Source of the DNA: Escherichia phage N2
Length of the DNA: 64,000 nucleotides
Sequence record: ON645936.1
Strand: one strand, 5' to 3'
Shown here: positions 18,672 to 36,976 of the stretch, one piece after another
Layout: the number at the start of each line of letters is the position of its first letter
Numbering within the stretch: position 1 is the first letter of the stretch
Notes under the pieces: generated by a model
Told to the model about the DNA's origin: nothing
What the model saw: only the letters and a program-made list of their open reading frames with translations
Database searches by the model: none
Position numbers and translations under genes: made by a program

Positions 18672-21600
18672 CAGTAAAAGCACCTTCAGTCACTAGTCTC
18701 AGAATTTCCAAGTTATCCGCAAATCAGGTGCAAGTACGCTGGGATGACGTTGGTGCTAATTTCTACTATTTTGTAGAAATCGCTGAGACAAAAACAGACT
18801 CGGGGGAAAATCTCCCGAGTAATCAATACAAATGGATTAACTTAGGATATACTGCAAATAACAGCTTCTTTTTTGATGATGCTGATCCGTTAACATCATA
18901 CATTATTAGAGTAGCTACAGCTGCACAAGATTTTGAGCAGTCTGATTGGATTTATACCGAAGAGTTTGAAACTTTTGCTACAAACGCTTATACATTTCAA
19001 AACATGATTGAAATGCAATTAGCTAATAAATTCATTCAGGAAAAATTTACTCTTAATAATTCTGACTATGTCAATTTTAACAATGACACTATAATGGCTG
19101 CATTGATGAATGAATCGTTTCAATTCAGCCCATCATATGTTGATGTTTCATCAATAAGTAATTTTATTATTGGTGAAAATGAGTATCATGAAATACAAGG
19201 TTCTATTCAGCAAGTATGTAAGGATATTAATCGAGTTTATTTGATGGAATCAGAAGGGATTCTATATCTTTTTGAGCGCTATCAGCCTGTAGTTAAAGTA
19301 TCCAATGATAAAGGACAAACCTGGAAAGCTGTAAAGCTCTTCAATGACCGTGTAGGATATCCTTTATCTAAGACAGTATATTACCAATCTGCAAACACAA
19401 CATACGTTCTAGGATACGACAAGATTTTCTATGGCCGCAAATCTACTGATGTTAGATGGTCAGCTGATGATGTCAGATTTAGTTCGCAGGATATAACATT
19501 CGCTAAACTCGGTGACCAATTACATCTAGGATTTGATGTAGAAATTTTTGCCACTTACGCGACTTTACCAGCTAATGTATACCGTATTGCAGAAGCTATT
19601 ACTTGCACCGATGATTACATTTACGTTGTCGCCAGAGACAAAGTTAGATACATAAAAACGAGTAATGCACCTATAGATTCTGATCCATTATCTCCGACAT
19701 ATTCGGAAAGACTTTTTGAACCTGATACAATGACTATAACCGGAAATCCTAAAGCAGTATGCTATAAAATGGATTCTGTCGGTGATAAAGTTTTTGCTCT
19801 TATTATTGGTGAAGTTGAAACATTAAATGCTAATCCTAGAACATCAAAAATAATTGATTCTGTTGATAAAGGAATATATGTTTTAAATCATGACACAAAA
19901 ACGTGGAAAAGAGTTTTTGGCAACACTGAAGAAGAAAGAAGACGTATTCAACCAGGGTATGCGAATATGTCAACTGATGGTAAATTAGTTTCTTTATCAT
20001 CGAGTAATTTTAAATTTTTAAGTGATAACGTTGTTAATGACCCTGAAACTGTGGTGAAATATCAGTTAATCGGTGCTGTTAAATATGAATTTCCTCGTGA
20101 ATGGCTAGCTGATAAGCATTATCATATGATGGCATTTATAGCAGATGAAAAGTCTGATTGGGAAACTTTTACTCCTCAGCCGATGAAATACTACGCTGAA
20201 CCATTCTTTAACTGGTCTAAAAAATCTAACACACGTTGTTGGATAAACAACTCTGATAGGGTTGTAGTAGTTTATGCTGATTTAAAATATACTAAAGTTA
20301 TAGAAAACATTCCTGAAACATCACCAGATAGATTAGTTCATGAATACTGGGATGATGGCGATTGTACGATAGTAATGCCAAATGTTAAATTCACGGGATT
20401 TAAAAAATACGCATCTGGGATGCTTTTTTATAAGTCTTCTGGTGAAATAATTTCTTACTATGATTTTAACTATCGAGTGAGAGACACGGTTGAAATAATT
20501 TGGAAGCCAACTGAAATATTTTTAAAAGCATTTTTACAAAACCAAGAGCGTGAAACTCCTTGGTCCCCGGAAGAAGAGCATGGATTAGCTGATCCTGATT
20601 TAAGACCATTGATTGGCACAATGATGCCTGATTCTTATTTGCTACAGGATTCGAATTTTGAGGCATTTTGCGAAGCATATATTCAGTATCTTTCTGATGG
20701 ATATGGAACTCAGTATAACAATTTACGAAATTTAATTCGTAACAAATATCCACGAGAAGAGCATGCATGGGAATATTTGTGGTCAGAGATATATAAAAGA
20801 AACATTTATTTAAATGCTGACAAACGCGATGCTGTTGCAAGATTTTTCGAATCACGTAGCTATGATTTTTATTCTACTAAAGGAATTGAAGCATCATACA
20901 AATTTCTTTTTAAAGTTCTTTATAATGAAGAGGTTGAAATTGAAATTGAGTCTGGGGCTGGTACTGAATATGATATAATCGTTCAATCTGATTCTTTGAC
21001 TGAAGATTTAGTAGGACAAACGATTTATACAGCTACAGGAAGATGTAATGTTACTTATATAGAAAGAAGCTATTCCAATGGCAAATTGCAATGGACCGTA
21101 ACTATTCATAATCTTTTGGGAAGATTAATTGCCGGTCAAGAAGTTAAAGCAGAAAGACTCCCTAGTTTCGAAGGTGAAATTATTCGCGGGGTTAAAGGAA
21201 AGGATTTGCTTCAAAATAATATAGACTATATTAATAGAAGTAGATCATATTATGTAATGAAAATTAAATCCAATTTACCTTCTTCCCGCTGGAAATCTGA
21301 CGTTATTCGTTTTGTTCATCCAGTAGGATTTGGATTTATAGCAATTACCCTTTTAACAATGTTTATTAATGTTGGTTTAACTCTTAAACACACAGAGACT
21401 ATAATTAATAAATACAAAAACTATAAATGGGATTCTGGATTGCCTACTGAATATGCTGATAGAGTAGCCAAATTGACTCCAACCGGTGAAATTGAGCATG
21501 ATTCAGTAACAGGCGAAGCAATTTATGAACCTGGCCCAATGGCTGGTGTAGAATATCCTCTTCCTGATGACTATAATGCTGAAAATAATAATTCAATATT

Positions 21601-21766
21601 TCAAGGTCAATTGCCATCTGAACGACGTAAATTAATGAGTCCTCTATTTGATGCATCTGGAACAACATTTGCACAATTTAGGGATTTAGTTAATAAACGC
21701 CTAAAAGATAATATAGGAAATCCAAGAGACCCTGAAAATCCAACACAGGTTAAAATAGATGAATGA
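18668..21766 (+). CDS. 7: Baseplate wedge protein gp7
   Basis: 1032 aa as T4 gp7; ATGA overlap with gene 6. Confidence 0.9.
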   Translation: MTVKAPSVTSLRISKLSANQVQVRWDDVGANFYYFVEIAETKTDSGENLPSNQYKWINLGYTANNSFFFDDADPLTSYIIRVATAAQDFEQSDWIYTEEFETFATNAYTFQNMIEMQLANKFIQEKFTLNNSDYVNFNNDTIMAALMNESFQFSPSYVDVSSISNFIIGENEYHEIQGSIQQVCKDINRVYLMESEGILYLFERYQPVVKVSNDKGQTWKAVKLFNDRVGYPLSKTVYYQSANTTYVLGYDKIFYGRKSTDVRWSADDVRFSSQDITFAKLGDQLHLGFDVEIFATYATLPANVYRIAEAITCTDDYIYVVARDKVRYIKTSNAPIDSDPLSPTYSERLFEPDTMTITGNPKAVCYKMDSVGDKVFALIIGEVETLNANPRTSKIIDSVDKGIYVLNHDTKTWKRVFGNTEEERRRIQPGYANMSTDGKLVSLSSSNFKFLSDNVVNDPETVVKYQLIGAVKYEFPREWLADKHYHMMAFIADEKSDWETFTPQPMKYYAEPFFNWSKKSNTRCWINNSDRVVVVYADLKYTKVIENIPETSPDRLVHEYWDDGDCTIVMPNVKFTGFKKYASGMLFYKSSGEIISYYDFNYRVRDTVEIIWKPTEIFLKAFLQNQERETPWSPEEEHGLADPDLRPLIGTMMPDSYLLQDSNFEAFCEAYIQYLSDGYGTQYNNLRNLIRNKYPREEHAWEYLWSEIYKRNIYLNADKRDAVARFFESRSYDFYSTKGIEASYKFLFKVLYNEEVEIEIESGAGTEYDIIVQSDSLTEDLVGQTIYTATGRCNVTYIERSYSNGKLQWTVTIHNLLGRLIAGQEVKAERLPSFEGEIIRGVKGKDLLQNNIDYINRSRSYYVMKIKSNLPSSRWKSDVIRFVHPVGFGFIAITLLTMFINVGLTLKHTETIINKYKNYKWDSGLPTEYADRVAKLTPTGEIEHDSVTGEAIYEPGPMAGVEYPLPDDYNAENNNSIFQGQLPSERRKLMSPLFDASGTTFAQFRDLVNKRLKDNIGNPRDPENPTQVKIDE

Positions 21767-22763
21767 TTCAAGTGTTATCTATCGTGCGATAGTTACTTCA
21801 AAATTTAGAACAGAAAAAATGTTGAATTTTTATAATTCAATTGGAAGTGGTCCGGATAAAAACACTATCTTTATTACATTTGGAAGATCAGAACCGTGGT
21901 CATCAAACGAAAATGAGGTGGGATTTGCCCCACCTTATCCCACCGATTCTGTGTTAGGTGTAACTGACATGTGGACTCATATGATGGGAACCGTGAAGGT
22001 TCTTCCATCTATGCTTGATGCAGTTATTCCTCGTCGAGATTGGGGAGATACTAGATATCCGGATCCATACACATTTAGAATTAACGATATTGTAGTGTGT
22101 AACTCAGCTCCTTACAACGCTACCGAATCAGGCGCAGGCTGGTTAGTATATCGTTGTTTAGATGTTCCTGATACTGGAATGTGCTCAATTGAGTCTTTAA
22201 CTAATAAGGATGAATGCCTTAAGCTAGGTGGAAAATGGACTCCTTCTGTTAGGTCAATGACTCCTCCTGAAGGTCGAGGAGACGCGGAAGGAACAATCGA
22301 ACCTGGAGACGGGTATGTATGGGAATATCTTTTTGAGATTCCGCCTGATGTATCTATAAACAGATGCACGAATGAATATATCGTGGTTCCTTGGCCTGAG
22401 GAATTAAAAGAAGATCCGACTAGATGGGGGTATGAAGATAACCTCACTTGGCAGCAAGATGATTTTGGATTAATTTACCGGGTTAAGGCAAATACTATTC
22501 GTTTTAAAGCATACTTAGATTCAGTTTATTTTCCTGAAGCTGCATTGCCAGGAAATAAAGGATTTAGACAAATATCGATAATCACAAATCCTCTTGAAGC
22601 TAAAGTTCATCCAAATGACCCAAACGTTAAAGCTGAAAAGGATTACTATGATCCGGAAGATTTAATGAGGCATTCGGGCGAAATGATTTATATGGAAAAT
22701 AGGCCACCTATTATTATGGCAATGGATCAAACAGAAGAAATCAATATTCTGTTTACATTTTAA
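21759..22763 (+). CDS. 8: Baseplate wedge protein gp8
   Basis: 334 aa as T4 gp8. Confidence 0.9.
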   Translation: MNDSSVIYRAIVTSKFRTEKMLNFYNSIGSGPDKNTIFITFGRSEPWSSNENEVGFAPPYPTDSVLGVTDMWTHMMGTVKVLPSMLDAVIPRRDWGDTRYPDPYTFRINDIVVCNSAPYNATESGAGWLVYRCLDVPDTGMCSIESLTNKDECLKLGGKWTPSVRSMTPPEGRGDAEGTIEPGDGYVWEYLFEIPPDVSINRCTNEYIVVPWPEELKEDPTRWGYEDNLTWQQDDFGLIYRVKANTIRFKAYLDSVYFPEAALPGNKGFRQISIITNPLEAKVHPNDPNVKAEKDYYDPEDLMRHSGEMIYMENRPPIIMAMDQTEEINILFTF

Positions 22764-22768
22764 ATTAA

Positions 22769-22786
22769 GGGAGCCCATGGGCTCCC
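22769..22786 (+). terminator. Stem-loop terminator after gene 8
   Basis: gggagcccatgggctccc followed by TTTTTC. Confidence 0.6.
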
Positions 22787-22794
22787 TTTTTCTT

Positions 22795-22802
22795 TATAAA
22801 TA
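22795..22802 (+). promoter_or_regulatory. Late promoter TATAAATA upstream of gene 9
   Basis: Exact TATAAATA 25 nt upstream of gene 9 ATG. Confidence 0.6.
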
Positions 22803-22826
22803 CTATAAACTCATAAGGAAACCGCT

Positions 22827-23693
22827 ATGTTCATTCAAGAACCAAAGAAATTGATTGATACCGGCGAAATTGGTAACGCTTCTACTGGTGATATCTTATT
22901 CGACGGTGGTAATAAAATTAATAGTGATTTTAACGCAATTTATAACGCGTTTGGTGATCAGCGTAAAATGGCAGTAGCAAATGGCACTGGCGCTGACGGC
23001 CAAATTATCCATGCTACTGGATATTATCAAAAGCATTCTATCACAGAGTACGCAACTCCGGTGAAAGTTGGTACTAGACATGATATTGATACCTCTACTG
23101 TTGGTGTTAAAGTTATCATTGAAAGAGGCGAACTTGGTGACTGCGTTGAATTTATTAACTCAAATGGATCAATATCAGTTACTAATCCTTTAACAATTCA
23201 AGCCATTGATTCAATTAAAGGTGTTTCAGGTAATTTAGTAGTAACTAGCCCATATAGTAAAGTAACTTTACGTTGTATTTCATCTGATAATTCTACATCG
23301 GTGTGGAATTATTCTATTGAAAGTATGTTTGGTCAAAAGGAATCACCAGCTGAAGGTACATGGAATATTTCTACATCCGGATCAGTTGATATTCCACTAT
23401 TTCATCGTACTGAATATAACATGGCTAAGTTGTTAGTTACATGCCAATCAGTAGATGGAAGAAAAATTAAAACGGCAGAAATAAATATTCTTGTGGATAC
23501 TGTTAATTCAGAGGTCATTTCTTCTGAATATGCTGTCATGCGAGTTGGGAATGAAACCGAAGAAGACGAAATCGCTAATATTGCATTTAGTATTAAAGAA
23601 AATTATGTAACGGCGACTATAAGTTCTTCAACTGTCGGTATGAGAGCAGCAGTTAAAGTTATCGCTACGCAGAAAATCGGGGTGGCTCAATAA
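22827..23693 (+). CDS. 9: Baseplate wedge / long-tail-fibre socket gp9
   Basis: 288 aa as T4 gp9. Confidence 0.9.
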   Translation: MFIQEPKKLIDTGEIGNASTGDILFDGGNKINSDFNAIYNAFGDQRKMAVANGTGADGQIIHATGYYQKHSITEYATPVKVGTRHDIDTSTVGVKVIIERGELGDCVEFINSNGSISVTNPLTIQAIDSIKGVSGNLVVTSPYSKVTLRCISSDNSTSVWNYSIESMFGQKESPAEGTWNISTSGSVDIPLFHRTEYNMAKLLVTCQSVDGRKIKTAEINILVDTVNSEVISSEYAVMRVGNETEEDEIANIAFSIKENYVTATISSSTVGMRAAVKVIATQKIGVAQ

Positions 23694-25501
23694 TGAAACA
23701 AAATATTAATATCGGTAATGTTGTTGATGATGGTACCGGTGACTACCTGCGTAAAGGTGGTATAAAAATAAATGAAAACTTTGATGAGCTTTATTATGAG
23801 CTCGGTGATGGAGATGTTCCATATTCAGCCGGTGCCTGGAAAACTTATGATGCTTCATCTGGCCAAACACTAAAAGCCGAATGGGGAAAATCATACGCTA
23901 TTAATACCTCTTCTGGAAGAGTAACTATAAATCTTCCAAAAGGAACTGTCAATGATTACAACAAGGTAATTAGAGCTAGAGACGTATTTGCTACATGGAA
24001 CGTCAACCCAGTTACACTAGTAGCTGCTTCCGGCGATACGATTAAAGGGTCTGCAGTACCAGTTGAAATTAATGTTCAATTCAGCGATTTAGAATTAGTG
24101 TATTGCGCCCCAGGACGTTGGGAATATGTCAAAAATAAGCAAATTGACAAAATTACCAGTTCAGACATTAGTAATGTAGCTCGTAAAGAATTTTTAGTCG
24201 AAGTCCAAGGACAAACAGACTTTTTAGATGTTTTCCGTGGAACTAGTTATAATGTAAATAACATCCGAGTAAAACATCGTGGTAACGAATTGTATTACGG
24301 CGATGTATTTAGTGAAAACAGCGATTTTGGCTCTCCGGGAGAAAATGAAGGTGAATTAGTTCCTCTTGATGGATTTAATATTCGATTAAGACAGCCTTGT
24401 AATATTGGTGACACTGTTCAAATTGAAACATTTATGGATGGTGTATCACAATGGAGAAGTTCATATACAAGACGCCAAATTAGACTGTTAGATTCAAAAT
24501 TAACGTCAAAGACTTCTTTAGAAGGAAGCATTTACGTTACTGATTTATCAACAATGAAATCAATTCCGTTTTCAGCTTTTGGATTAATTCCAGGTGAACC
24601 TATTAATCCTAATTCTCTTGAGGTCCGTTTTAATGGAATTTTACAAGAATTGGCTGGAACAGTTGGAATGCCATTATTTCATTGTGTTGGTGCCGATTCA
24701 GACGATGAAGTAGAATGCTCTGTTTTAGGTGGAACTTGGGAACAGTCTCATACAGACTATTCAGTTGAAACTGATGAAAACGGCATACCAGAAATTTTAC
24801 ATTTCGATAGAGTATTTGAGCATGGCGACATTATCAATATCACCTGGTTTAATAATGATTTAGGCACATTATTAACAAAAGATGAGATTATTGATGAAAC
24901 TGATAATCTCTATGTATCGCAAGGACCAGGAGTAGATATTTCCGGTGATGTAAATTTAACAGACTTCGATAAAATTGGTTGGCCAAATGTAGAAGCAGTT
25001 CAATCTTATCAACGTGAATTTAATGCTGTTTCAAATATCTTTGATACGATTTATCCTATTGGAACTATATATGAAAACGCTGTTAATCCAAATAACCCTG
25101 TTACATATATGGGATTCGGCTCATGGAAATTATTTGGGCAAGGAAAAGTTTTAGTTGGATGGAATGAAGATATTTCGGACCCTAACTTTGCTCTAAATAA
25201 CAACGATTTAGATTCGGGTGGAAATCCTTCACATACTGCGGGCGGAACAGGTGGTTCTACTTCTGTTACATTGGAAAATGCTAATCTTCCTGCAACCGAA
25301 ACAGATGAAGAAGTTCTAATAGTTGATGAAAATGGATCAGTCATTGTTGGTGGATGTCAATACGATCCAGATGAATCCGGTCCAGTTTACACGAAATACC
25401 GTGAAGCTAAAGCATCTACTAACTCTACTCACACTCCGCCAACATCAATAACTAACATTCAACCATATATTACAGTTTATCGTTGGATAAGGATTGCATA
25501 A
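23693..25501 (+). CDS. 10: Baseplate wedge pin protein gp10
   Basis: 602 aa as T4 gp10. Confidence 0.9.
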   Translation: MKQNINIGNVVDDGTGDYLRKGGIKINENFDELYYELGDGDVPYSAGAWKTYDASSGQTLKAEWGKSYAINTSSGRVTINLPKGTVNDYNKVIRARDVFATWNVNPVTLVAASGDTIKGSAVPVEINVQFSDLELVYCAPGRWEYVKNKQIDKITSSDISNVARKEFLVEVQGQTDFLDVFRGTSYNVNNIRVKHRGNELYYGDVFSENSDFGSPGENEGELVPLDGFNIRLRQPCNIGDTVQIETFMDGVSQWRSSYTRRQIRLLDSKLTSKTSLEGSIYVTDLSTMKSIPFSAFGLIPGEPINPNSLEVRFNGILQELAGTVGMPLFHCVGADSDDEVECSVLGGTWEQSHTDYSVETDENGIPEILHFDRVFEHGDIINITWFNNDLGTLLTKDEIIDETDNLYVSQGPGVDISGDVNLTDFDKIGWPNVEAVQSYQREFNAVSNIFDTIYPIGTIYENAVNPNNPVTYMGFGSWKLFGQGKVLVGWNEDISDPNFALNNNDLDSGGNPSHTAGGTGGSTSVTLENANLPATETDEEVLIVDENGSVIVGGCQYDPDESGPVYTKYREAKASTNSTHTPPTSITNIQPYITVYRWIRIA

Positions 25502-26160
25502 TGAGTTTACTTAATAATAAAGCGGGAGTTATTTCCCGCTTAGCCGATTTTCTTGGTTTTAGACCTAAAACTGGCGACATCGATGTAATGAATCGTCAAT
25601 CAGTTGGGTCAGTGACAATTTCTCAACTAGCGAAAGGATTTTATGAACCAAACGTAGAATCAGCTATTAATGATGTTCATAATTTTTCTATAAAAGACGT
25701 TGGTACAATTATTACTAATAAAACTGGTGTTTCTCCTGAGGGTGTTTCTCAAACTGATTATTGGGCGTTTTCGGGAACTGTAACAGATGATTCGCTTCCT
25801 CCTGGTTCTCCTGTTACTGTATTAGTATTCGGTCTTCCAGTTTCAGCAACAACCGGAATGACAGCTATTGAGTTTGTCGCCAAAGTTCGTGTTGCTCTAC
25901 AAGAAGCTATTGCGTCATTTACTGCTATCAATTCATATAAAGACCATCCAACCGATGGTAGTAAATTAGAAGTTACTTATTTAGATAATCAGAAACATGT
26001 ATTAAGCACATATTCCACATATGGAATAACTATTTCCCAAGAAATTATTTCAGAATCTAAGCCTGGATATGGCACATGGAATTTGCTTGGTGCACAAACT
26101 GTAACTTTAGATAATCAGCAAACTCCAATAGTACTTTATCATTTTGAGAGAACAGCATGA
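25501..26160 (+). CDS. 11: Baseplate wedge / short-tail-fibre attachment gp11
   Basis: 219 aa from ATG at 25501 (ATAATG overlap with gene 10 stop). Confidence 0.9.
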   Translation: MSLLNNKAGVISRLADFLGFRPKTGDIDVMNRQSVGSVTISQLAKGFYEPNVESAINDVHNFSIKDVGTIITNKTGVSPEGVSQTDYWAFSGTVTDDSLPPGSPVTVLVFGLPVSATTGMTAIEFVAKVRVALQEAIASFTAINSYKDHPTDGSKLEVTYLDNQKHVLSTYSTYGITISQEIISESKPGYGTWNLLGAQTVTLDNQQTPIVLYHFERTA

Positions 26161-27740
26161 GTAATAATACATATCAACACGTTTCTAATGAATCTCGCTA
26201 TGTAAAATTTGATCCAACTGGTACAAATTTTCCGGCAGAGATTACTGATGTTCAGGCTGCTATAGCAGCCATTTCTCCTGCTGGTGTAAATGGAGTTCCT
26301 GATGCATCATCAACAACAAAAGGAATTTTATTTCTTGCCACTGAACAGGAAGTTATCGACGGAACTGATAATACCAAAGCAGTTACACCAGCAACGTTGG
26401 CAACAAGATTATCTTATCCAAACGCAACTGAAACTGTTTATGGATTAACAAGATATTCAACCAATGATGAAGCAATTGCCGGAGTTAATAATGAATCTTC
26501 TATAACTCCCGCTAAATTTACTGTTGCCCTTAATAATGCCTTTGAAACACGAGTTTCAACTGAATCATCAAATGGAGTTATTAAAATTTCATCTCTACCG
26601 CAAGCATTAGCTGGCGCAGATGATACTACTGCGATGACTCCGTTAAAAACGCAGCAGTTAGCTATTAAACTAATTGCGCAAATCGCTCCTTCTGAAACCA
26701 CAGCTACCGAATCGGACCAAGGTGTTGTTCAATTAGCGACAGTAGCTCAAGTTCGTCAAGGAACCTTAAGAGAAGGCTATGCAATTTCTCCTTATACGTT
26801 CATGAATTCTACTGCTACTGAAGAATATAAAGGCGTAATTAAATTAGGAACACAATCAGAAGTTAACTCGAATAATGCTTCTGTTGCGGTTACTGGTGCA
26901 ACTCTTAATGGTCGTGGTTCTACAACGTCAATGAGAGGCGTAGTTAAATTAACTACAACTGCCGGCTCACAGAGTGGAGGCGATGCTTCATCAGCATTAG
27001 CTTGGAATGCTGATGTTATCCACCAAAGAGGTGGTCAAACGATTAATGGAACACTTCGCATTAATAATACGCTCACAATAGCTTCAGGCGGAGCAAATAT
27101 TACCGGAACAGTTAACATGACCGGTGGTTATATTCAGGGTAAGCGTGTTGTAACGCAGAATGAAATAGATAGAACTATTCCTGTCGGAGCTATTATGATG
27201 TGGGCGGCTGATAGTCTTCCTAGTGATGCTTGGCGTTTTTGTCACGGTGGAACTGTTTCAGCGTCAGATTGTCCATTATATGCTTCTAGAATTGGAACAA
27301 GATACGGCGGAAGCTCATCAAATCCTGGATTACCTGATATGCGTGGTCTTTTTGTTCGTGGCTCTGGTCGTGGCTCTCACTTAACAAATCCAAATGTTAA
27401 TGGTAATGACCAATTCGGTAAACCTAGATTAGGTGTAGGTTGTACCGGTGGATATGTTGGTGAAGTACAAAAACAACAGATGTCTTATCATAAACACGCT
27501 GGCGGATTTGGTGAGCATGATGATTCTGGAGCATTCGGTAATACCCGTAGATCAAATTTTGTTGGTACACGTAAAGGACTTGACTGGGATAACCGTTCAT
27601 ACTTCACCAATGATGGATATGAAATTGACCCAGCATCACAACGAAATTCCAAATATACATTAAATCGTCCTGAATTAATTGGAAATGAAACACGTCCATG
27701 GAACATTTCTTTAAACTACATAATTAAGGTAAAAGAATGA
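26157..27740 (+). CDS. 12: Short tail fibre gp12
   Basis: 527 aa as T4 gp12; repetitive beta-rich sequence. Confidence 0.9.
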   Translation: MSNNTYQHVSNESRYVKFDPTGTNFPAEITDVQAAIAAISPAGVNGVPDASSTTKGILFLATEQEVIDGTDNTKAVTPATLATRLSYPNATETVYGLTRYSTNDEAIAGVNNESSITPAKFTVALNNAFETRVSTESSNGVIKISSLPQALAGADDTTAMTPLKTQQLAIKLIAQIAPSETTATESDQGVVQLATVAQVRQGTLREGYAISPYTFMNSTATEEYKGVIKLGTQSEVNSNNASVAVTGATLNGRGSTTSMRGVVKLTTTAGSQSGGDASSALAWNADVIHQRGGQTINGTLRINNTLTIASGGANITGTVNMTGGYIQGKRVVTQNEIDRTIPVGAIMMWAADSLPSDAWRFCHGGTVSASDCPLYASRIGTRYGGSSSNPGLPDMRGLFVRGSGRGSHLTNPNVNGNDQFGKPRLGVGCTGGYVGEVQKQQMSYHKHAGGFGEHDDSGAFGNTRRSNFVGTRKGLDWDNRSYFTNDGYEIDPASQRNSKYTLNRPELIGNETRPWNISLNYIIKVKE

Positions 27741-29200
27741 CAGATATTGTACTGAATGACTTACCATTCGTTGACGGCCCTCCTGCAGAGGGCCAGAGCC
27801 GCATTTCCTGGATTAAAAACGGCGAAGAAATATTAGGAGCTGACACACAGTATGGAAGCGAAGGTTCAATGAATAGACCTACAGTTTCTGTACTAAGAAA
27901 TGTTGAAGTTCTTGATAAAAACATTGGAATACTTAAAACATCTTTAGAAACCGCAAATAGTGATATTAAAACAATTCAGGGCATCTTAGATGTATCTGGT
28001 GATATTGAAGCTTTGGCCCAAATAAGTATCAATAAAAAGGATATTTCTGACCTTAAAACGCTAACCAGTGAACATACAGAAATATTAAATGGGACTAATA
28101 GTACGGTTGACAGCATTCTTGCTGATATTGGTCCATTTAACTCCGAGGCCAACTCTGTATACAGAACGATCAGAAATGATTTACTGTGGATAAAGCGTGA
28201 ACTTGGACAATACACGGGTCAAGATATTAATGGTCTTCCTGTTGTAGGAAATCCTAGCACAGGAATGAAGCATCGCATTATTAATAATACTGATGTCATC
28301 ACTTCACAGGGAATACGTTTAAGCGAATTAGAAACAAAATTTATTGAATCTGATGTAGGTTCTTTAACTATTGAAGTTGGTAATCTTCGCGAAGAGCTTG
28401 GACCTAAACCACCGTCATTTTCACAAAACATCTACAGTCGTTTAAATGAAATTGACACTAAACAGACAACAGTTGAGTCTGACATTAGTGCTATTAAGAC
28501 CTCAATAGGATATCCAGGAAATAATTCGATTATCACGAGTGTTAATACAAACACTGATAATATTGCATCTATTAATTTAGAGCTAAATCAAAGTGGAGGT
28601 ATTAAACAACGTTTAACCGTTATTGAAACTTCTATTGGTTCAGATGATATTCCTTCGAGTATTAAAGGTCAAATCAAAGATAATACGACTTCAATTGAAG
28701 CTCTAAATGGAATCGTCGGTGAAAACACTTCATCCGGTTTAAGAGCGAATGTTTCGTGGTTAAACCAAATTGTTGGAACTGATTCTAGCGGTGGACAACC
28801 TTCTCCTCCTGGGTCTCTTTTAAACCGAGTTTCTACAATTGAAACTTCTGTTTCAAGCTTGAACAACGATGTTCAGAACCTACAAGTAGAGATTGGTAAT
28901 AACAGCACAGGAATTAAAGGGCAAGTTGTAGCGTTAAATACTTTAGTAAATGGAACTAATCCAAACGGTTCAACTGTCGAAGAACGTGGATTAACCAATT
29001 CAATAAAAGCTAACGAAACCAACATTGCATCAGTTACACAAGAAGTGAATACAGCCAAAGGTAGTATATCTTCTCTGCAAGGTGATGTTCAAGCTCTACA
29101 AGAAGCAGGTTATATTCCTGAAGCTCCAAAAGATGGTCAAGCTTACGTTCGTAAAGACGGCGAATGGGTATTACTTTCTACCTTTTTATCACCAGCATAA
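27737..29200 (+). CDS. wac: Fibritin (whisker) Wac
   Basis: 487 aa as T4 fibritin; coiled-coil heptads; C-terminal foldon [27 protein letters not shown]. Confidence 0.95.
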   Translation: MTDIVLNDLPFVDGPPAEGQSRISWIKNGEEILGADTQYGSEGSMNRPTVSVLRNVEVLDKNIGILKTSLETANSDIKTIQGILDVSGDIEALAQISINKKDISDLKTLTSEHTEILNGTNSTVDSILADIGPFNSEANSVYRTIRNDLLWIKRELGQYTGQDINGLPVVGNPSTGMKHRIINNTDVITSQGIRLSELETKFIESDVGSLTIEVGNLREELGPKPPSFSQNIYSRLNEIDTKQTTVESDISAIKTSIGYPGNNSIITSVNTNTDNIASINLELNQSGGIKQRLTVIETSIGSDDIPSSIKGQIKDNTTSIEALNGIVGENTSSGLRANVSWLNQIVGTDSSGGQPSPPGSLLNRVSTIETSVSSLNNDVQNLQVEIGNNSTGIKGQVVALNTLVNGTNPNGSTVEERGLTNSIKANETNIASVTQEVNTAKGSISSLQGDVQALQEAGYIPEAPKDGQAYVRKDGEWVLLSTFLSPA

Positions 29201-29203
29201 CAT

Positions 29204-29219
29204 GGGGCCGCAAGGCCCC
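29204..29219 (+). other. GC-rich stem-loop after wac
   Basis: ggggccgcaaggcccc immediately after wac stop. Confidence 0.4.
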
Positions 29220-29232
29220 AAAGGATTTTTAA

Positions 29233-31743
<2,511 letters not shown>

Positions 31744-31784
31744 TAAATATTATAAACTAATTAAAGCCCAGATTAGGAGAAATC

Positions 31785-34925
<3,141 letters not shown>

Positions 34926-34953
34926 TATTAAAGCATATTAAAGAGGATTAAAA

Positions 34954-36933
34954 ATGACTTTATTATCTCCGGGCATTGAGCTCAAAGAAACTACGGTTCA
35001 AAGCACTGTGGTTAATAACTCTACTGGTACAGCAGCTTTGGCCGGTAAATTCCAGTGGGGTCCTGCTTTTCAGATCAAACAGGTTACAAATGAAGTAGAT
35101 TTAGTTAATACTTTTGGTCAACCTACAGCTGAAACTGCTGATTATTTTATGTCTGCAATGAATTTCTTACAATATGGAAATGATTTGCGAGTTGTGCGTG
35201 CTGTCGATAGAGATACCGCTAAAAACTCATCTCCGATTGCTGGTAATATTGAATACACTATTTCTACCCCAGGTAGTAACTACGCGGTTGGAGATAAAAT
35301 CACAGTTAAGTATGTTTCAGAAGACATTGAAACGGAAGGTAAAATTACCGAAGTAGATGCTGATGGAAAAATTAAGAAAATTAATATTCCTACCGCAAAA
35401 ATTATCGCTAAAGCGAAAGAAGTCGGTGAATATCCAGCATTAGGTTCTAACTGGACCGCGGAAATTTCTTCGTCTTCCTCTGGTTTAGCTGCAGTAATAA
35501 CTCTTGGAAAAATTATTACTGATTCTGGTATTTTATTAGCTGAGATTGAAAATGCTGAAGCTGCTATGACAGCAGTTGAATTTCAAACAAATCTCGAAAA
35601 ATATGGAATTCCAGGAGTAGTAGCTCTTTATCCAGGCGAGTTGGGCGATAAAATCGAAATCGAAATCGTATCTAAAGCTGACTACGCAAAAGGAGCTTCT
35701 GCATTACTCCCAATTTATCCAGGTGGCGGAACACGCGCATCTACTGCTAAGGCAGTGTTTGGATATGGACCACAAACTGATTCACAATATGCTATTATAG
35801 TTCGCCGTAATGATGCTATTGTTCAAAGTATTGTTCTTTCAACAAAGCGTGGTGAAAAAGACATTTATGACAGTAACATCTATATTGATGACTTTTTCGC
35901 AAAAGGCGGTTCAGAATATATTTTCGCAACTGCACAAAACTGGCCAGAAGGCTTCTCCGGAATTTTAACTCTGTCTGGTGGATTATCATCAAATGCTGAA
36001 GTAACAGCAGGAGATTTGATGGAAGCCTGGGACTTCTTTGCTGACCGTGAATCTGTTGACGTTCAGTTGTTTATTGCGGGTTCTTGCGCCGGCGAATCTT
36101 TAGAAACAGCATCTACTGTCCAAAAACACGTCGTTTCAATTGGGGATGCTCGCCAAGATTGCTTAGTATTGTGCTCACCACCGCGTGAAACTGTAGTTGG
36201 AATTCCTGTAACTCGTGCTGTTGATAACTTAGTCAATTGGAGAACTGCAGCAGGTTCATACACCGATAATAACTTTAATATCAGTTCAACCTACGCAGCA
36301 ATTGATGGTAACTACAAGTATCAGTATGACAAATATAATGATGTGAATCGTTGGGTTCCATTAGCAGCTGATATTGCCGGTTTATGTGCAAGAACCGATA
36401 ACGTTTCTCAGACTTGGATGTCTCCAGCTGGTTATAATCGCGGCCAGATTCTTAACGTTATTAAACTTGCTATTGAAACTCGCCAGGCGCAGCGCGATCG
36501 TTTATACCAAGAAGCTATCAACCCGGTAACCGGTACAGGTGGTGATGGTTACGTATTGTATGGTGATAAAACAGCTACTTCTGTTCCTTCTCCATTTGAT
36601 CGTATTAACGTTCGTCGTCTGTTTAATATGCTGAAAACGAATATCGGACGTAGTTCAAAATATCGTTTGTTCGAATTAAACAACGCGTTTACTCGTTCAT
36701 CATTCCGCACAGAAACTGCCCAATACTTACAGGGAATTAAAGCTCTCGGTGGAATTTATGAATATCGTGTAGTTTGCGATACAACAAATAACACTCCGTC
36801 AGTAATTGATAGAAATGAGTTTGTTGCAACATTCTACATCCAACCGGCTCGTAGTATAAATTATATCCAACTTAATTTCGTCGCAACTGCTACTGGTGCA
36901 GATTTCGATGAGTTAACTGGTCTTGCAGGTTAA
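34954..36933 (+). CDS. 18: Tail sheath protein gp18
   Basis: 659 aa as T4 gp18. Confidence 0.95.
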   Translation: MTLLSPGIELKETTVQSTVVNNSTGTAALAGKFQWGPAFQIKQVTNEVDLVNTFGQPTAETADYFMSAMNFLQYGNDLRVVRAVDRDTAKNSSPIAGNIEYTISTPGSNYAVGDKITVKYVSEDIETEGKITEVDADGKIKKINIPTAKIIAKAKEVGEYPALGSNWTAEISSSSSGLAAVITLGKIITDSGILLAEIENAEAAMTAVEFQTNLEKYGIPGVVALYPGELGDKIEIEIVSKADYAKGASALLPIYPGGGTRASTAKAVFGYGPQTDSQYAIIVRRNDAIVQSIVLSTKRGEKDIYDSNIYIDDFFAKGGSEYIFATAQNWPEGFSGILTLSGGLSSNAEVTAGDLMEAWDFFADRESVDVQLFIAGSCAGESLETASTVQKHVVSIGDARQDCLVLCSPPRETVVGIPVTRAVDNLVNWRTAAGSYTDNNFNISSTYAAIDGNYKYQYDKYNDVNRWVPLAADIAGLCARTDNVSQTWMSPAGYNRGQILNVIKLAIETRQAQRDRLYQEAINPVTGTGGDGYVLYGDKTATSVPSPFDRINVRRLFNMLKTNIGRSSKYRLFELNNAFTRSSFRTETAQYLQGIKALGGIYEYRVVCDTTNNTPSVIDRNEFVATFYIQPARSINYIQLNFVATATGADFDELTGLAG

Positions 36934-36945
36934 TTGATTGATTGT

Positions 36946-36959
36946 GGGGCTTCGGCCCC
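36946..36959 (+). other. GGGGCTTCGGCCCC stem-loop after gene 18
   Basis: Perfect hairpin with UUCG loop 13 nt after gene 18 stop. Confidence 0.45.
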
Positions 36960-36976
36960 TATTCTCGAGGAAACAA